Shown piece by piece: positions 39,757-49,469 of a DNA stretch of 64,000 nucleotides. The notes beneath the pieces were generated by a model. The model was not told where the DNA came from. It saw only the letters and a program-made list of their open reading frames with translations, and searched no databases. The stretch spans positions 768,001-832,000 of the forward strand of contig JBEKVV010000001.1 of NCBI GenBank assembly GCA_049513715.1. The letters are read 5' to 3'. The stretch's first letter is position 1. Every line of letters starts with the position of its first letter. A program made the position numbers and the translations under genes. The stretch comes from Candidatus Bathyarchaeia archaeon (lineage in GTDB: Archaea > Thermoproteota > Bathyarchaeia > 40CM-2-53-6).

Positions 39757-41289
39757 ATGATCGACCATGTTTTTGTCGTAATGTTAGAGAACAGAAGCTT
39801 TGACCATATGCTTGGTTTTTCGCAAATTCAAGGCACTGATCCGTCCGGAAAACTAACGAAGATCGAAGGGCTCACCGGGAAAGAAAGCAACATTCCACTG
39901 AGTGGCGACCTCGTCAACGTCTCGTCGCCAGCAGATTTCATACTGGCTTACGGTCCAGGTCATGAATTTAATGACGTGAAAGAGCAACTCTGTGGAAAAG
40001 GCCACACGTATTCTTCGCCTGCTCCGTCGCCAGGCCAAATTGATCCTAACATAAACAATAGCGGTTATGTTTCTAACTACAGCGTATACGATCGCAAGAA
40101 TCCCGGAAATATCATGAAATGTTACCTGCCAGAACAGTTGCCAATCCTGACGACGTTAGCCAAGGAATTTGCAGTGTGCGACCGCTGGTTTTCATCAATG
40201 CCCGGACCTACGTGGCCCAACCGCTTCTTCATACACGCTGCCTCCTCTGGAGGTTTGGACGACAGCCCCTCCTTCTCCCGCGAGTTCAAGTCCATACTTT
40301 ATGATGGCTTCAAGTTCGACAACGGCACAATCTATGACCGGCTAGACTCTGAGGACCATGATTGGATGATTTATTGCGATGATGAATTTCCTCAAGTGCT
40401 CTCGATCGCTGGGATGCGTTCCCATTTCACTAAACACTTTACACCATTCAATCTATTCAAACAGGACGTGAGTAATCCTCTTTTCTCAAAATCTTACGTA
40501 TTCATAGAACCGGATTATCATGCCTTCACGGGTAATTTCCGAGGTGGCAATTCTCAGCATCCAATGGACGACATAACTCGGGGGGAGAAGATGCTTAAGG
40601 AAATTTACGAAACCATACGTCAGTCTCCCCACTGAGAAAGCAGTCTACTCATCATAACCTACGACGAGCACGGCGGATTCTATGATCACGTTGTGCCACC
40701 CGCCACTGTACATCCAGGAGATTCTATCACCGACCCGGGTAACAATCATAACAACTTTGACTTTCAACAACTCGGTGTTAGGGTGCCGACGATAATTGTC
40801 TCACCGCTAATCCCTAAGGGCACGATTGATCACACCGTTTACGACCACACTTCTGTTCTCGCTACGGTTGAGAAGCTGTTCAAGCTCAGCAGCCTAACTG
40901 AACGGGACGAGAAAGCAGAAACGGTGAACGATCTACTCACGCTTAGCGATCCTCGAACCGATACACCTGCGGTATTGCCTAATCCGGCTGACTCAGGCTT
41001 TAGCTATAATGATGAAGACGAGAAACCAAAGAACGCTATGGTGTCGTTTCTCAGCGGCATAATGTCCGGCCGCATTTCCATCCTGAACCGTGAACCGGTT
41101 GATCCATCATTGCGAGGGTTCCACCACGTCGCTCTCTTAAGAGATCTTGGAGATTCACCTTCAACTGGAAAGGAGCAACATTTCGAAAGATTCTTGAGGC
41201 ATAAGAAAGTTGATGCTGTAAGATACATGCAGCAGGTCAGACAGAAGGTAACCGCCAAAGGTCACGAAGTATCAGCCAAGGAATCATAA
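39757..41289 (+). pseudogene. phosphoesterase / phospholipase C family gene split by one in-frame stop
   Basis: MLENRSFDH, PGPTWPNR, then SPH*ESSLLIITYDEHGGFYDHV, GVRVP, YDHTS all in one frame; TGA at 40633. Confidence 0.85.
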
Positions 41290-41773
41290 GAGCATGAGCT
41301 GCCGGATGATGAATCCTTTAAGTTCAAAGCGATGCTAAGTACGGGAATGCAAGCAGCTAGGAACCGCTCAGTCGCTCGCACGAATGATGGGTCAAATCCA
41401 AGACATTGAGGTTCTAATGAAGGACTTGTTTGCATTTAAATGGAAAAAGAAGAACGCGCAGCAAGCTGTAGATGAAATTTGATTCGATCTTGAACGAAGA
41501 AAAACTGACGCTGCTCAACGCTTTCTAAGAGCTATTCCTAAGTTGGGGAACATCTGGAAACCAATAATCCATGAACAAACAGCCTTCAGATATAGAGTAG
41601 ATGTTCATTGAAAGTTCTGAGGATTAGTCCAGACGCACTCTTCGTGCAATGGTTTCTAAAGTCGTTTCTGCTCCGAGAGAAAACGCTGAATTGCAGTCGT
41701 CTTAGAGATGTGAACGATCCGGTTGGGCGGTAGTGAAAGGGGTGTGCTATCAGTGTCCTCTATAGGTTTCGGA

Positions 41774-42124
41774 TCAGAATAGTGATACGATAGCTAGCCC
41801 CAGTAGGAGTGCGAGCGCGGCGGTCACTATTGCGAGGGCAACCAACGCTATGATGCCAACTAGTGCGGCTTTGCTCCACCCGGTGTCGAAGAAATGCTTG
41901 ATCAACCACACCCAAACGACCAGCGTTACCAGTAACCCCAACAGGCCAGAGACGAACATGCTCAATACTGCGTTTATTATAACTCCAAGCACTACTATCC
42001 AGAGTGCGTCCGTGAACTTCGCTTTCTCCTTGCCGACCATCGCTCGACCTACAAGCCACAGAAATGGGGCGACGAGTATGACGTCTGCAATGATTTCGCC
42101 TAGTAACGATGTTAGACTCACCAA
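41774..42124 (-). CDS. small membrane protein
   Basis: Four TM helices, IKHFFDTGW motif. Confidence 0.75.
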   Translation of the reverse strand: MVSLTSLLGEIIADVILVAPFLWLVGRAMVGKEKAKFTDALWIVVLGVIINAVLSMFVSGLLGLLVTLVVWVWLIKHFFDTGWSKAALVGIIALVALAIVTAALALLLGLAIVSLF

Positions 42125-42634
42125 TCCATTTTCCTCACAAAGATACCCTTACGAGCTGAATCAGCTGAAGTAGACCTGCGACCAGAAATGTGATCGTGAC
42201 ATTTACGACCAAGACCAAGAGACCAAAAATTATTCCCAACCTTTTCCGCCTGATCTGCATTCTAAATTTCATCAGCTTTCTGGCCGCCGAACTATGGATC
42301 CGTAAAGAGATTTATGTTATTCGTACTTATCTGGTTCTTGCGTTTCTCCTGAGAGTTCTTGGACTAAGGATAGTGATTCGATACCAGTTTTAATGACTGT
42401 CGTATCGAGGCCCCCGCATGTCTGCACGAGATTTTACACGTTTCCACAGGAGGCTACAAGGACTAGGGATTAATTGTGCCATCAAGCATGCTATTGATAG
42501 GAATGTAGCAAACCAGGATGGATTTGGGAGTACTGCAGTTTGAAAGATCAATACAACCGAAACGACAGGGGCTCACCGAACTCAGAAGACTATGGTCAGA
42601 ATCCATCATTGTAGGAATGGAATCAGGAGCGGGA

Positions 42635-42802
42635 TCAGATCGCTTTCATGATTTCTTTGATGTGTTGTTTCGCGCTCTCCTTGATTTGCTGGAGTTCCTG
42701 GTTCTTGCCGAATTCCCCAAGACTTCGTTCAACCATGTCGAAGAGTTTGTCGACATCTCGCATAAGTCCTGTGAGTTCTTCACGGATCTTTCCCGTGTCC
42801 AA
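42635..42802 (-). CDS. small helical hypothetical protein (55 aa)
   Basis: MDTGKIREELTGLMRDVDKLFDMVERSLGEFGKNQELQQIKESAKQHIKEIMKAI. Confidence 0.5.
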   Translation of the reverse strand: MDTGKIREELTGLMRDVDKLFDMVERSLGEFGKNQELQQIKESAKQHIKEIMKAI

Positions 42803-43293
42803 TTTTGATCTAAATTGAGGACTGGTTTACGCCTAATAAGACTTTGCGAGAGATGGGAAGGGCGTTGGAGCTCTGGATGAACCTACTTGACTTTTGCGGA
42901 GTAGTTGTCCGCGTATAGTTCGATTTCTATGTTGTAGTTGTTCCCGAAGTCTTGTGCTAATCGGGTGAAGCCGTCCTTGTTCCCAGGAGGATTGGTCGAT
43001 CTTGCGTTTGGTCTCATCACGGTAGATTTCTCCTAGTTTGAGTTTCTGCCCAAGGGGGATCTGATATAGCGCTTTGTCCGATGAGACCGTTGCTGGAGAT
43101 TAGTCTGAACAGGAATAGTTCTACGCGGAATGCTCCTACTCTGACTTCACCGTTGCTGACAATGAGGTCTAGCTGGCGCGCTCAATCAGAGAACAAACCA
43201 CACTGCGAAAGAATGCATCGCAAAGTCAACTTCCGCGCCGCAGCAGCAGAAGTCACAGAATCAACGAATAATTAAGCCAATAACTCATAGCAA

Positions 43294-43449
43294 CTATGAC
43301 AATATACGACGTCCTTGAAGTAGCCTAACTATTACTACGATGATGACAATCACAATCACGATGTGAATTAGACTTCCGCCTATACCACCAATGAATCCCA
43401 GTAGCCAGAGAATAACGAGAATCACGATTATAGTAACTAATAGATCCAT
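43294..43449 (-). CDS. lmo0937/DUF5670-like small membrane protein, copy 2
   Basis: MDLLVTIIVILVILWLLGFIGGIGGSLIHIVIVIVIIVVIVRLLQGRRILS. Confidence 0.8.
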   Translation of the reverse strand: MDLLVTIIVILVILWLLGFIGGIGGSLIHIVIVIVIIVVIVRLLQGRRILS

Positions 43450-43472
43450 TAACGATTCGCCTTATCACATAA

Positions 43473-43515
43473 TACAGTTAAATTGCGTTGATAAGGTTAT
43501 CCATCTATATCGTTA
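43473..43515 (-). promoter_or_regulatory. conserved upstream element, copy 3
   Basis: tacagttaaattgcgttgataaggttatccatctatatcgtta. Confidence 0.65.
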
Positions 43516-43600
43516 ATGGTGAAGGTGGAAATGTAGGCCAAATCTTAGGAACCTCTTCTCCAGAAGAGACTGTTGAGATAACCATAAAGTCCAATTCAGC

Positions 43601-44377
43601 TCATTTCCAGATTAGACGAATTCTGCACCAAGGGCACATCGGGGCCCCCTTAGGAACCGGTTTCTTGCAAGTCGGACATGAAGTAGTTTGTGCTCTCTTC
43701 TTAGTGTGAATGACAGCTGCTCCTGTAAGCAAGCGGATGTGAGGCAACTCCCTAGGTTGCCTCTTTGGCGCTCTATGCCTTGCGTCGAATACCACTGAAA
43801 TTGAGAATATGCCCAAGTATGCCAGTGTTCCAAATTGCCAGCCTGTAATGAATAGTTGAGAAAGATTAGCTGAAATCGCTATGAACCATACAGCCGCAAA
43901 TGCCTGAACAACCCACTCCCACATCCCTGCAAAATGAATAAGACGCCTAGACGGCAACCACTTTCGCGTGATATGCTCGTAAATTCCTTCATCAGGATGG
44001 TCATCTCTCCAACCGTCAAGCGGATCCATCAGGGAATGAATCCAAGCTCCAAGACTCCAGCACGCGCCGGCGATAAGCCAGAATACATATTTCTGAAAGA
44101 AGATTGCCAAAATGACTAAGCTAGCGCTCAGGAGTAGGTAGCCTGTGATGTAGTGGGTTGTCTTCTTGTGAGTAAAGTACTTCCCAATTGATCTGGGCGC
44201 CCAGAATTCTGCCTGATCAATATCAGGAAAGATCCCACCGATGGCTCCTGCAAGCGCCAAGAGGGCTGTCGCGGGCATTAGGACAAGATAAGTGGACGGA
44301 GCAATCCACATGGCAAATGTAACCGAAAGGACATATCCTGTGACGAAACCATACGCCATGTGCGTTGACATCATCAA
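43601..44377 (-). CDS. membrane metal-dependent hydrolase (YdjM/DUF457-like) with C-terminal zinc ribbon
   Basis: TH, PDID, H...TH, H...D motifs; CPTC..CPWC. Confidence 0.75.
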   Translation of the reverse strand: MMMSTHMAYGFVTGYVLSVTFAMWIAPSTYLVLMPATALLALAGAIGGIFPDIDQAEFWAPRSIGKYFTHKKTTHYITGYLLLSASLVILAIFFQKYVFWLIAGACWSLGAWIHSLMDPLDGWRDDHPDEGIYEHITRKWLPSRRLIHFAGMWEWVVQAFAAVWFIAISANLSQLFITGWQFGTLAYLGIFSISVVFDARHRAPKRQPRELPHIRLLTGAAVIHTKKRAQTTSCPTCKKPVPKGAPMCPWCRIRLIWK

Positions 44378-44549
44378 ATCATAGACCCCAACATATCTAA
44401 TTCCGTGAGCTACTTATTGATATGGCGAGAAGCCCAAACGGGTTTTCAGCTAGAACCATGACGCGATCAATAGCACGGGCCAACGCGAAGCAACGACAGA
44501 CATCTTTCAGACCACCGTAAAAAATCAACGTGACACGATTTTCGTTTCT

Positions 44550-45292
44550 GTGAGTTGGACTCTGTGGAGTGTGGATGGCGTAACTGATGGAGATCAGGGG
44601 CGTCGTATCTCGCCTCGAATTCAATCTGTCTTGATGTTCTTAGCCGCTATTGCAATGATAATTGCTGTTGAGTTTGTCGATGAATTCTACCTGGTTGGAT
44701 TTCAACCTACAGGAACCAGCTGGTTCATTCCAGCTTGGTTACAGAGTTGGGACATCGCGGGTTTCGAGCTGGTGCACGAGAGTTTAACGTCACCGTTTCT
44801 TGACATCGCCATGTGACTGATCACTCGTACAGGTTCAACTGTCTTCTAGTTGCTCTTGGCAGCCGTTCTTTGGCTAGCGAGGAGGAAGCGACAGGCAGCG
44901 CTACTGGTGTTCGGAGTGATCGTTGGAGGCGTGCTTTTGCTACCGGTCAAGATCCTACTCCCGAGACCTAGACCATATTCGATTATGCAAGGGCTTAGAA
45001 TAATAGAAATTGAAGGCGGCGGAAGCTTTCCAAGTGGACATTCAAGAACGGCTTCACAGCAGCCGTCATACTTGGTTCTACTTGGAGGAGACTGAGAGCG
45101 TGGCTCTACATCTTGGCGTTCTTGATAGCATTAAGCAGGATTTACTTAGCTCAGCACTGGCCTTCCGATGTGATAGTTGGTTCGCTGGCTGGTTGGATAG
45201 TCGGCAAGATTACAATTCGTTACGAATCCGAGATCATCACAATTTTGAAGGAGGTCAAACTAGATGAAGAGCACCTGACGCACAACCTTTGA
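44550..45292 (+). pseudogene. PAP2-family phosphatase pseudogene
   Basis: K...RPRP, SFPSGH, SRIYLAQHWPSDV; stops at 44814 and 44847 and a frameshift near 45045. Confidence 0.85.
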
Positions 45293-45825
45293 GTTTGCTT
45301 TAGATTCGATTGTGGCGATGGTTAGGGCCCTAACTACGAGAAGCTAGTAACCGCTTATAGTCATCATTTAGGGAGATGTCAATCGCAACTTGCAAGAAGT
45401 AACAACTGACAGGAACTTCTCATCGCTTGTCCGGACTTCGTGTGCCTAGAAGGCTGGTAACGAATCTCGGCCCTTAATGTGGAGAACTGCTTTCCTTTTA
45501 TTACCTCGTAATGCTATTCGGTTTCTTGAGAGGGGCGTCCAATAAGCGGCTGAAAACGAATGGGTCAAGCACCCTTGCCAGTTTCAGACCGTTTTTCTGT
45601 GTCCTGGGAACCCCTTTCCCTGCTTTGCGACGAGAGTAGAGTTGCCATGGTAGCCCGCTTGGTTTGGGAAAAAAGAAGATTTGGGCTCTCTTGAAAGGCG
45701 TGAGAAAGTAGGCCTAGAGAGCTGTCACTGGACCCTGAACGGTTGATACGAGTACATCTGGGTAGGCGGCTGCTAGGAACTAGAAAGATGAGGGGAGGTT
45801 AGAGTGGAAATGGGTTTGATAGAGC

Positions 45826-46035
45826 TCAGCCGTATCTGATTAGCGGTGAACTGCATAAGCCGCAGAAGCGTGCTTCACCAGCGTTTTGGGTTCCGCATAT
45901 CAGGCACTGTCCTCGTTGTGGCTGGTCAGGAAAATTACTCAGCACAGTTCTACACCAGTTGCAGTAATTATTACTGTCTGAATTCTGTTTACTGCAGTAT
46001 CTACATGTTTTCAAACAGAGAACACCACGATGCAA
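45826..46035 (-). CDS. double zinc-ribbon protein
   Basis: Four CxxC pairs in DZR spacing. Confidence 0.6.
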   Translation of the reverse strand: MHRGVLCLKTCRYCSKQNSDSNNYCNWCRTVLSNFPDQPQRGQCLICGTQNAGEARFCGLCSSPLIRYG

Positions 46036-46419
46036 TGCGCCCTATCGCATAGAAAAGTCTTTTGTTATGACGAAAAGATTCATCATCTCTTTCGCGCGTG
46101 GCATGGAATGTCTCTTCGGCAAGTACGTAGTCTACAATCTGCTGCGGTTGGTTCACTTTGAACTGTGGCATCCCACAAAGCCGGAGGATGTGAACGATTT
46201 GCTGAAGGCTTGCAGGAAAGCAGAATCACACCTGAAGGTTCAGTAGATTCGATCTTCATCTAGAAAGAGACGCGTGTCAGGTCTCCACCTATGCCTTACA
46301 ACTTATGCTGAGACTTCGTATACTAGCTTCTGCCTCGCTTCTCTAGATCTACCTTGGCGTGTCATCCTTTATGCCGGAATCTAAATCTACTCTGGTTGCG
46401 TACTATTCGTTGAACCATC

Positions 46420-46869
46420 TTGGGATGGAAGGAAAGTAAGGTTGGCCGCAAGAGAAGGAGGAAGGTTGAGTTTGACCTGACCTTGCTTGCAGGCAGAGCG
46501 AAACGCGGGGGCATTGGTCTAAAACCTGTTAGGAGGAAGAACAAGAAGAAGCGCGGAGACAAAGCAATACGGTCACACAATACAGAGAGAGTAATACGAT
46601 CACATATGACAGACATAACAGACATTGTTCCAGTTGGCGGCAAGGAAGCCAAGAAGCCCATGAAAGAGTTTGGCAGCCCTGCTGCGTTGGCACATGAGAA
46701 ACAGACGAAGAAGCGTCTCGATCTAGATCATCCCATATTGCTCATGTGTCAAAACTGCGGATTAGAGGGCCTTCAGAGCGGGTGGGTTAAGCGGGGAGAA
46801 AACAAGCAAAGCAAACCCGAGCTCACATGCCCCAGATGCGGTTCGTCAGAGCATAAGGAAACCGAGTAG
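46420..46869 (+). CDS. basic protein with C-terminal zinc ribbon
   Basis: CQNCG..CPRCGS; start uncertain. Confidence 0.45.
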   Translation: MGWKESKVGRKRRRKVEFDLTLLAGRAKRGGIGLKPVRRKNKKKRGDKAIRSHNTERVIRSHMTDITDIVPVGGKEAKKPMKEFGSPAALAHEKQTKKRLDLDHPILLMCQNCGLEGLQSGWVKRGENKQSKPELTCPRCGSSEHKETE

Positions 46870-46914
46870 TGGATGGCGAACGAGAAAAAGACCTTAGCGA
46901 AAAAAGGATTGAAT

Positions 46915-47117
46915 AAGAGAAAAGAGAAGACGAGCACCATCAGTGCTCGGTTTGGTCTGTTTAGTTAAGATGTCGTAAACACCAGCGGTTATTGAGTGTT
47001 TTAATCGAGTTGTTTGTACCACAGGTGGGGACAGGCACAACTATTGTACGGATGCCCATACGAACCATAGTCATAATAAGACCAGCCAAAGCCGTAACCA
47101 TAGGACGGATAATCGTC
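46915..47117 (-). pseudogene. remnant of a second Tyr/Gly-rich gene plus the conserved 3' hairpin
   Basis: DDYPSYGYGFGWSYYDYGSYGHPY...* at 47117-47001 with no in-frame start; hairpin at 46931-46949 identical to 36376-36394. Confidence 0.6.
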
Positions 47118-47230
47118 CCCTGCGACCGTGACGCTTCTCTGCTTGTCTATCCTCTGAACTGAAGGGGTGGCGAAGTCCGACTGTTGCCGGACTGCTTATG
47201 TTATTCCAGAGAGTGAGTGGTAGGTCTGTT

Positions 47231-47593
47231 CTATAGTAGTTCTGTCCACTTCTCTGGTTTCTCTATGACCTTGACTTCGCTGACCGTTCGCATCATCCTT
47301 GACTTTTGAGGTCTTGTCTGGTCGATCATGTCCCAAGTCTTGAGAGTCCATTCCGCTATAGCCTTGCAGTCACGCATCTTGTCTAAGGAGGCCCAGTCGG
47401 GCGCAGCCCACCAGTCCTCAGCATCATAATCGCCAAAGCTTTGAATCGTGGTGTAGGTGTTAAGGTACTTCATGCCAGTTTCCTTCTCTATTTGAGAAGC
47501 CAAAAGCTTTGCCTCGTCTGACTTCAACCATTTCACGTACTCTGCAACTTTCCCTGGTTTTCCATAATAGCTCCATACCCAATATATCGACAT
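47231..47593 (-). CDS. hypothetical protein, possibly a NIPSNAP-like dimeric alpha/beta barrel
   Basis: KPGKVAEY..W, W.APDWASLD pattern. Confidence 0.6.
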   Translation of the reverse strand: MSIYWVWSYYGKPGKVAEYVKWLKSDEAKLLASQIEKETGMKYLNTYTTIQSFGDYDAEDWWAAPDWASLDKMRDCKAIAEWTLKTWDMIDQTRPQKSRMMRTVSEVKVIEKPEKWTELL

Positions 47594-47867
47594 ATTTCCC
47601 TCCCCGATCTCCTTGGTCGCGGCATGATGTAATTAAGGATGCTTGGTTCGTGCGCGCACACATACGAAAATCCCCTAGCAACCCCTCCCCTGCCAAATCG
47701 CAAAATGCTCTTCACAAAGGTCACATCAAGTGACACGTCCGAAAGGACGCTAAGGCAGTGTTCTTCCGGTTAGGAATAATTCTTGAACGCGCTGGCGCTT
47801 AGGAAGTGGTCCGAGATTCTTCTCCTTCTGTCCGGATCTTCTCCTTCTTCCGTCTCTCGGCAAGCCG

Positions 47868-48080
47868 TTAATGAACTGCCGATGGACGCCATCCGCCCGG
47901 CGGAAGGCCCTTCATTATTCGTCGCGCTTCCTCCAAGCCCGCAATGTAGCCTTGTATGTATTGTGCGTCCAATTTGTATTCCTCGTAGGGCAGCTTATCT
48001 TTTTCCGCCTCCCTCTTGGCGATTAGGTTTTCAATTTTCGTCAGTAGAGTCCTCTTTCGAAAACTGTCTTTCTCGCGCAT
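47868..48080 (-). CDS. hypothetical protein
   Basis: Helical ORF, GYIAGLEEARRI. Confidence 0.5.
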   Translation of the reverse strand: MREKDSFRKRTLLTKIENLIAKREAEKDKLPYEEYKLDAQYIQGYIAGLEEARRIMKGLPPGGWRPSAVH

Positions 48081-48601
48081 GACTCACACAAAGCAAAGAG
48101 AGCTCGACGCGATATGAAAACGCTCGCTCCAAATCGCGTTTACTCTCCGTTACAGGGCCAGTTCCGTGACCACTTTCAACGAGTGGGCGTTTTGCGCGAT
48201 ACACGCGCGCACATAAAAATCATGGTACATCAATGAAAAAGGTATAATGTTGGCCGGAGGCGAATGCACTCTTTCTCAAGGCACTCCCGAGTGCAACAAC
48301 TTGGTTCTGCCCATCTTTCAGGGCCGACCATGTTTGCGCACGGCCAGCAAACCATATTTAAGTCTTACATCATTAATAAGGTTATGGTTGAAAAAATAAT
48401 TGACCTCGCACGACCAGTCATTGCCGGGAGTCTCATCAAGAACCGGAACCGAGAGCATGCCACTTAGTGGCATCCAGGCAAATTCGTACCAGCGATTTCA
48501 CGCAGGATTTGGTCAACGAGTCATCAAGCGAATCGCAACAACCATTAGACCGTGAAACGTAGAGGCTACGGAACCAGAAACCTCAAGCCGCGTGGAAAAG
48601 T

Positions 48602-48775
48602 TTGACTGAGATAGTCAACGACACTCATGCGAAGTACTGTTCGAACTGCGGCAAGAAAATCGAGAAACCCATTCAGTTCAAAGGCTACTTTTTCTGCTCA
48701 CAAGAATGCCGAGAATCCTTCGCGACCCCACGTGGACGAGTGAGAGGCGGAAAGGCAAAGCGAGCAGCAGGGTAA
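48602..48775 (+). CDS. TRASH/YHS-like metal-binding microprotein (57 aa)
   Basis: CSNCGKKI...FFCSQECRESF, read manually. Confidence 0.6.
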   Translation: MTEIVNDTHAKYCSNCGKKIEKPIQFKGYFFCSQECRESFATPRGRVRGGKAKRAAG

Positions 48776-49036
48776 AACAAAACCTGCACGCGGTCTCTCT
48801 AAATTGTAGTTCTTTCCATATCTCTCGGATAAAGACGGGATTAAGGATTCTGTTCAAATCGGCGCCAAGGATCCTCAATGGTGCGCACACACAGGAAAAC
48901 GACTGCTCGAATTACGATGCTCGCACTATTGATACTACACATACTTTTCTTACGACAAACGACAATCTAGTCATACCGTACCTGAGCGAAGCTTCTTTCT
49001 AAAGGCTTTTAGGGGCACGATGGATGAGATGAGGTT

Positions 49037-49330
49037 ATGCCAACATATGTATTGCTAGTTAACTTTACGGAGAAAGGTAAGAGGAACATTAAACAGGAAT
49101 ACACGGCGACCCGCGATCAGTTCAAGAAAGCTGCCGAGCAGGCCGGCGGCAAGCTTACCGGCTACGTAACCGCTGGACCGTACGACGCTGTTGAAATACT
49201 TGACGTGCCCAGCGACGATGCTGCACTCGCCATGCTTCTCGGCTCGCTCTCAATAGAAGCTGTGAAAATCATGAGCCTCAGAGCGTTTCCAGAGGATCAG
49301 GTAAAACAAGCTCTAAAGAAAGTACCTTAA
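49037..49330 (+). CDS. GYD-domain protein
   Basis: MPTYVLLVNFTEKG, GPYD, LRAF. Confidence 0.85.
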   Translation: MPTYVLLVNFTEKGKRNIKQEYTATRDQFKKAAEQAGGKLTGYVTAGPYDAVEILDVPSDDAALAMLLGSLSIEAVKIMSLRAFPEDQVKQALKKVP

Positions 49331-49406
49331 CGATCCCTCAACGGTCACCAAAGTGAACCTAGCTGGCAGCGTCCAGCATGTTTCGCCTAGTTCATTCCGG
49401 CTTTAG

Positions 49407-49438
49407 GTGTGTGTGCGCACCTTTAGTCGCACACACAC
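49407..49438. terminator. 11-bp inverted repeat between convergent genes
   Basis: gtgtgtgtgcg ... cgcacacacac. Confidence 0.5.
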
Positions 49439-49469
49439 TTGAAAAATCCAATATTCCCCTAATTTGACG

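Noticed and set aside
40633..40635. Genome-wide TGA=Trp or selenocysteine recoding
   Set aside because: Conserved genes use TGG for Trp and end at TGA; one analogous break is TAG; the positions are not Cys sites.
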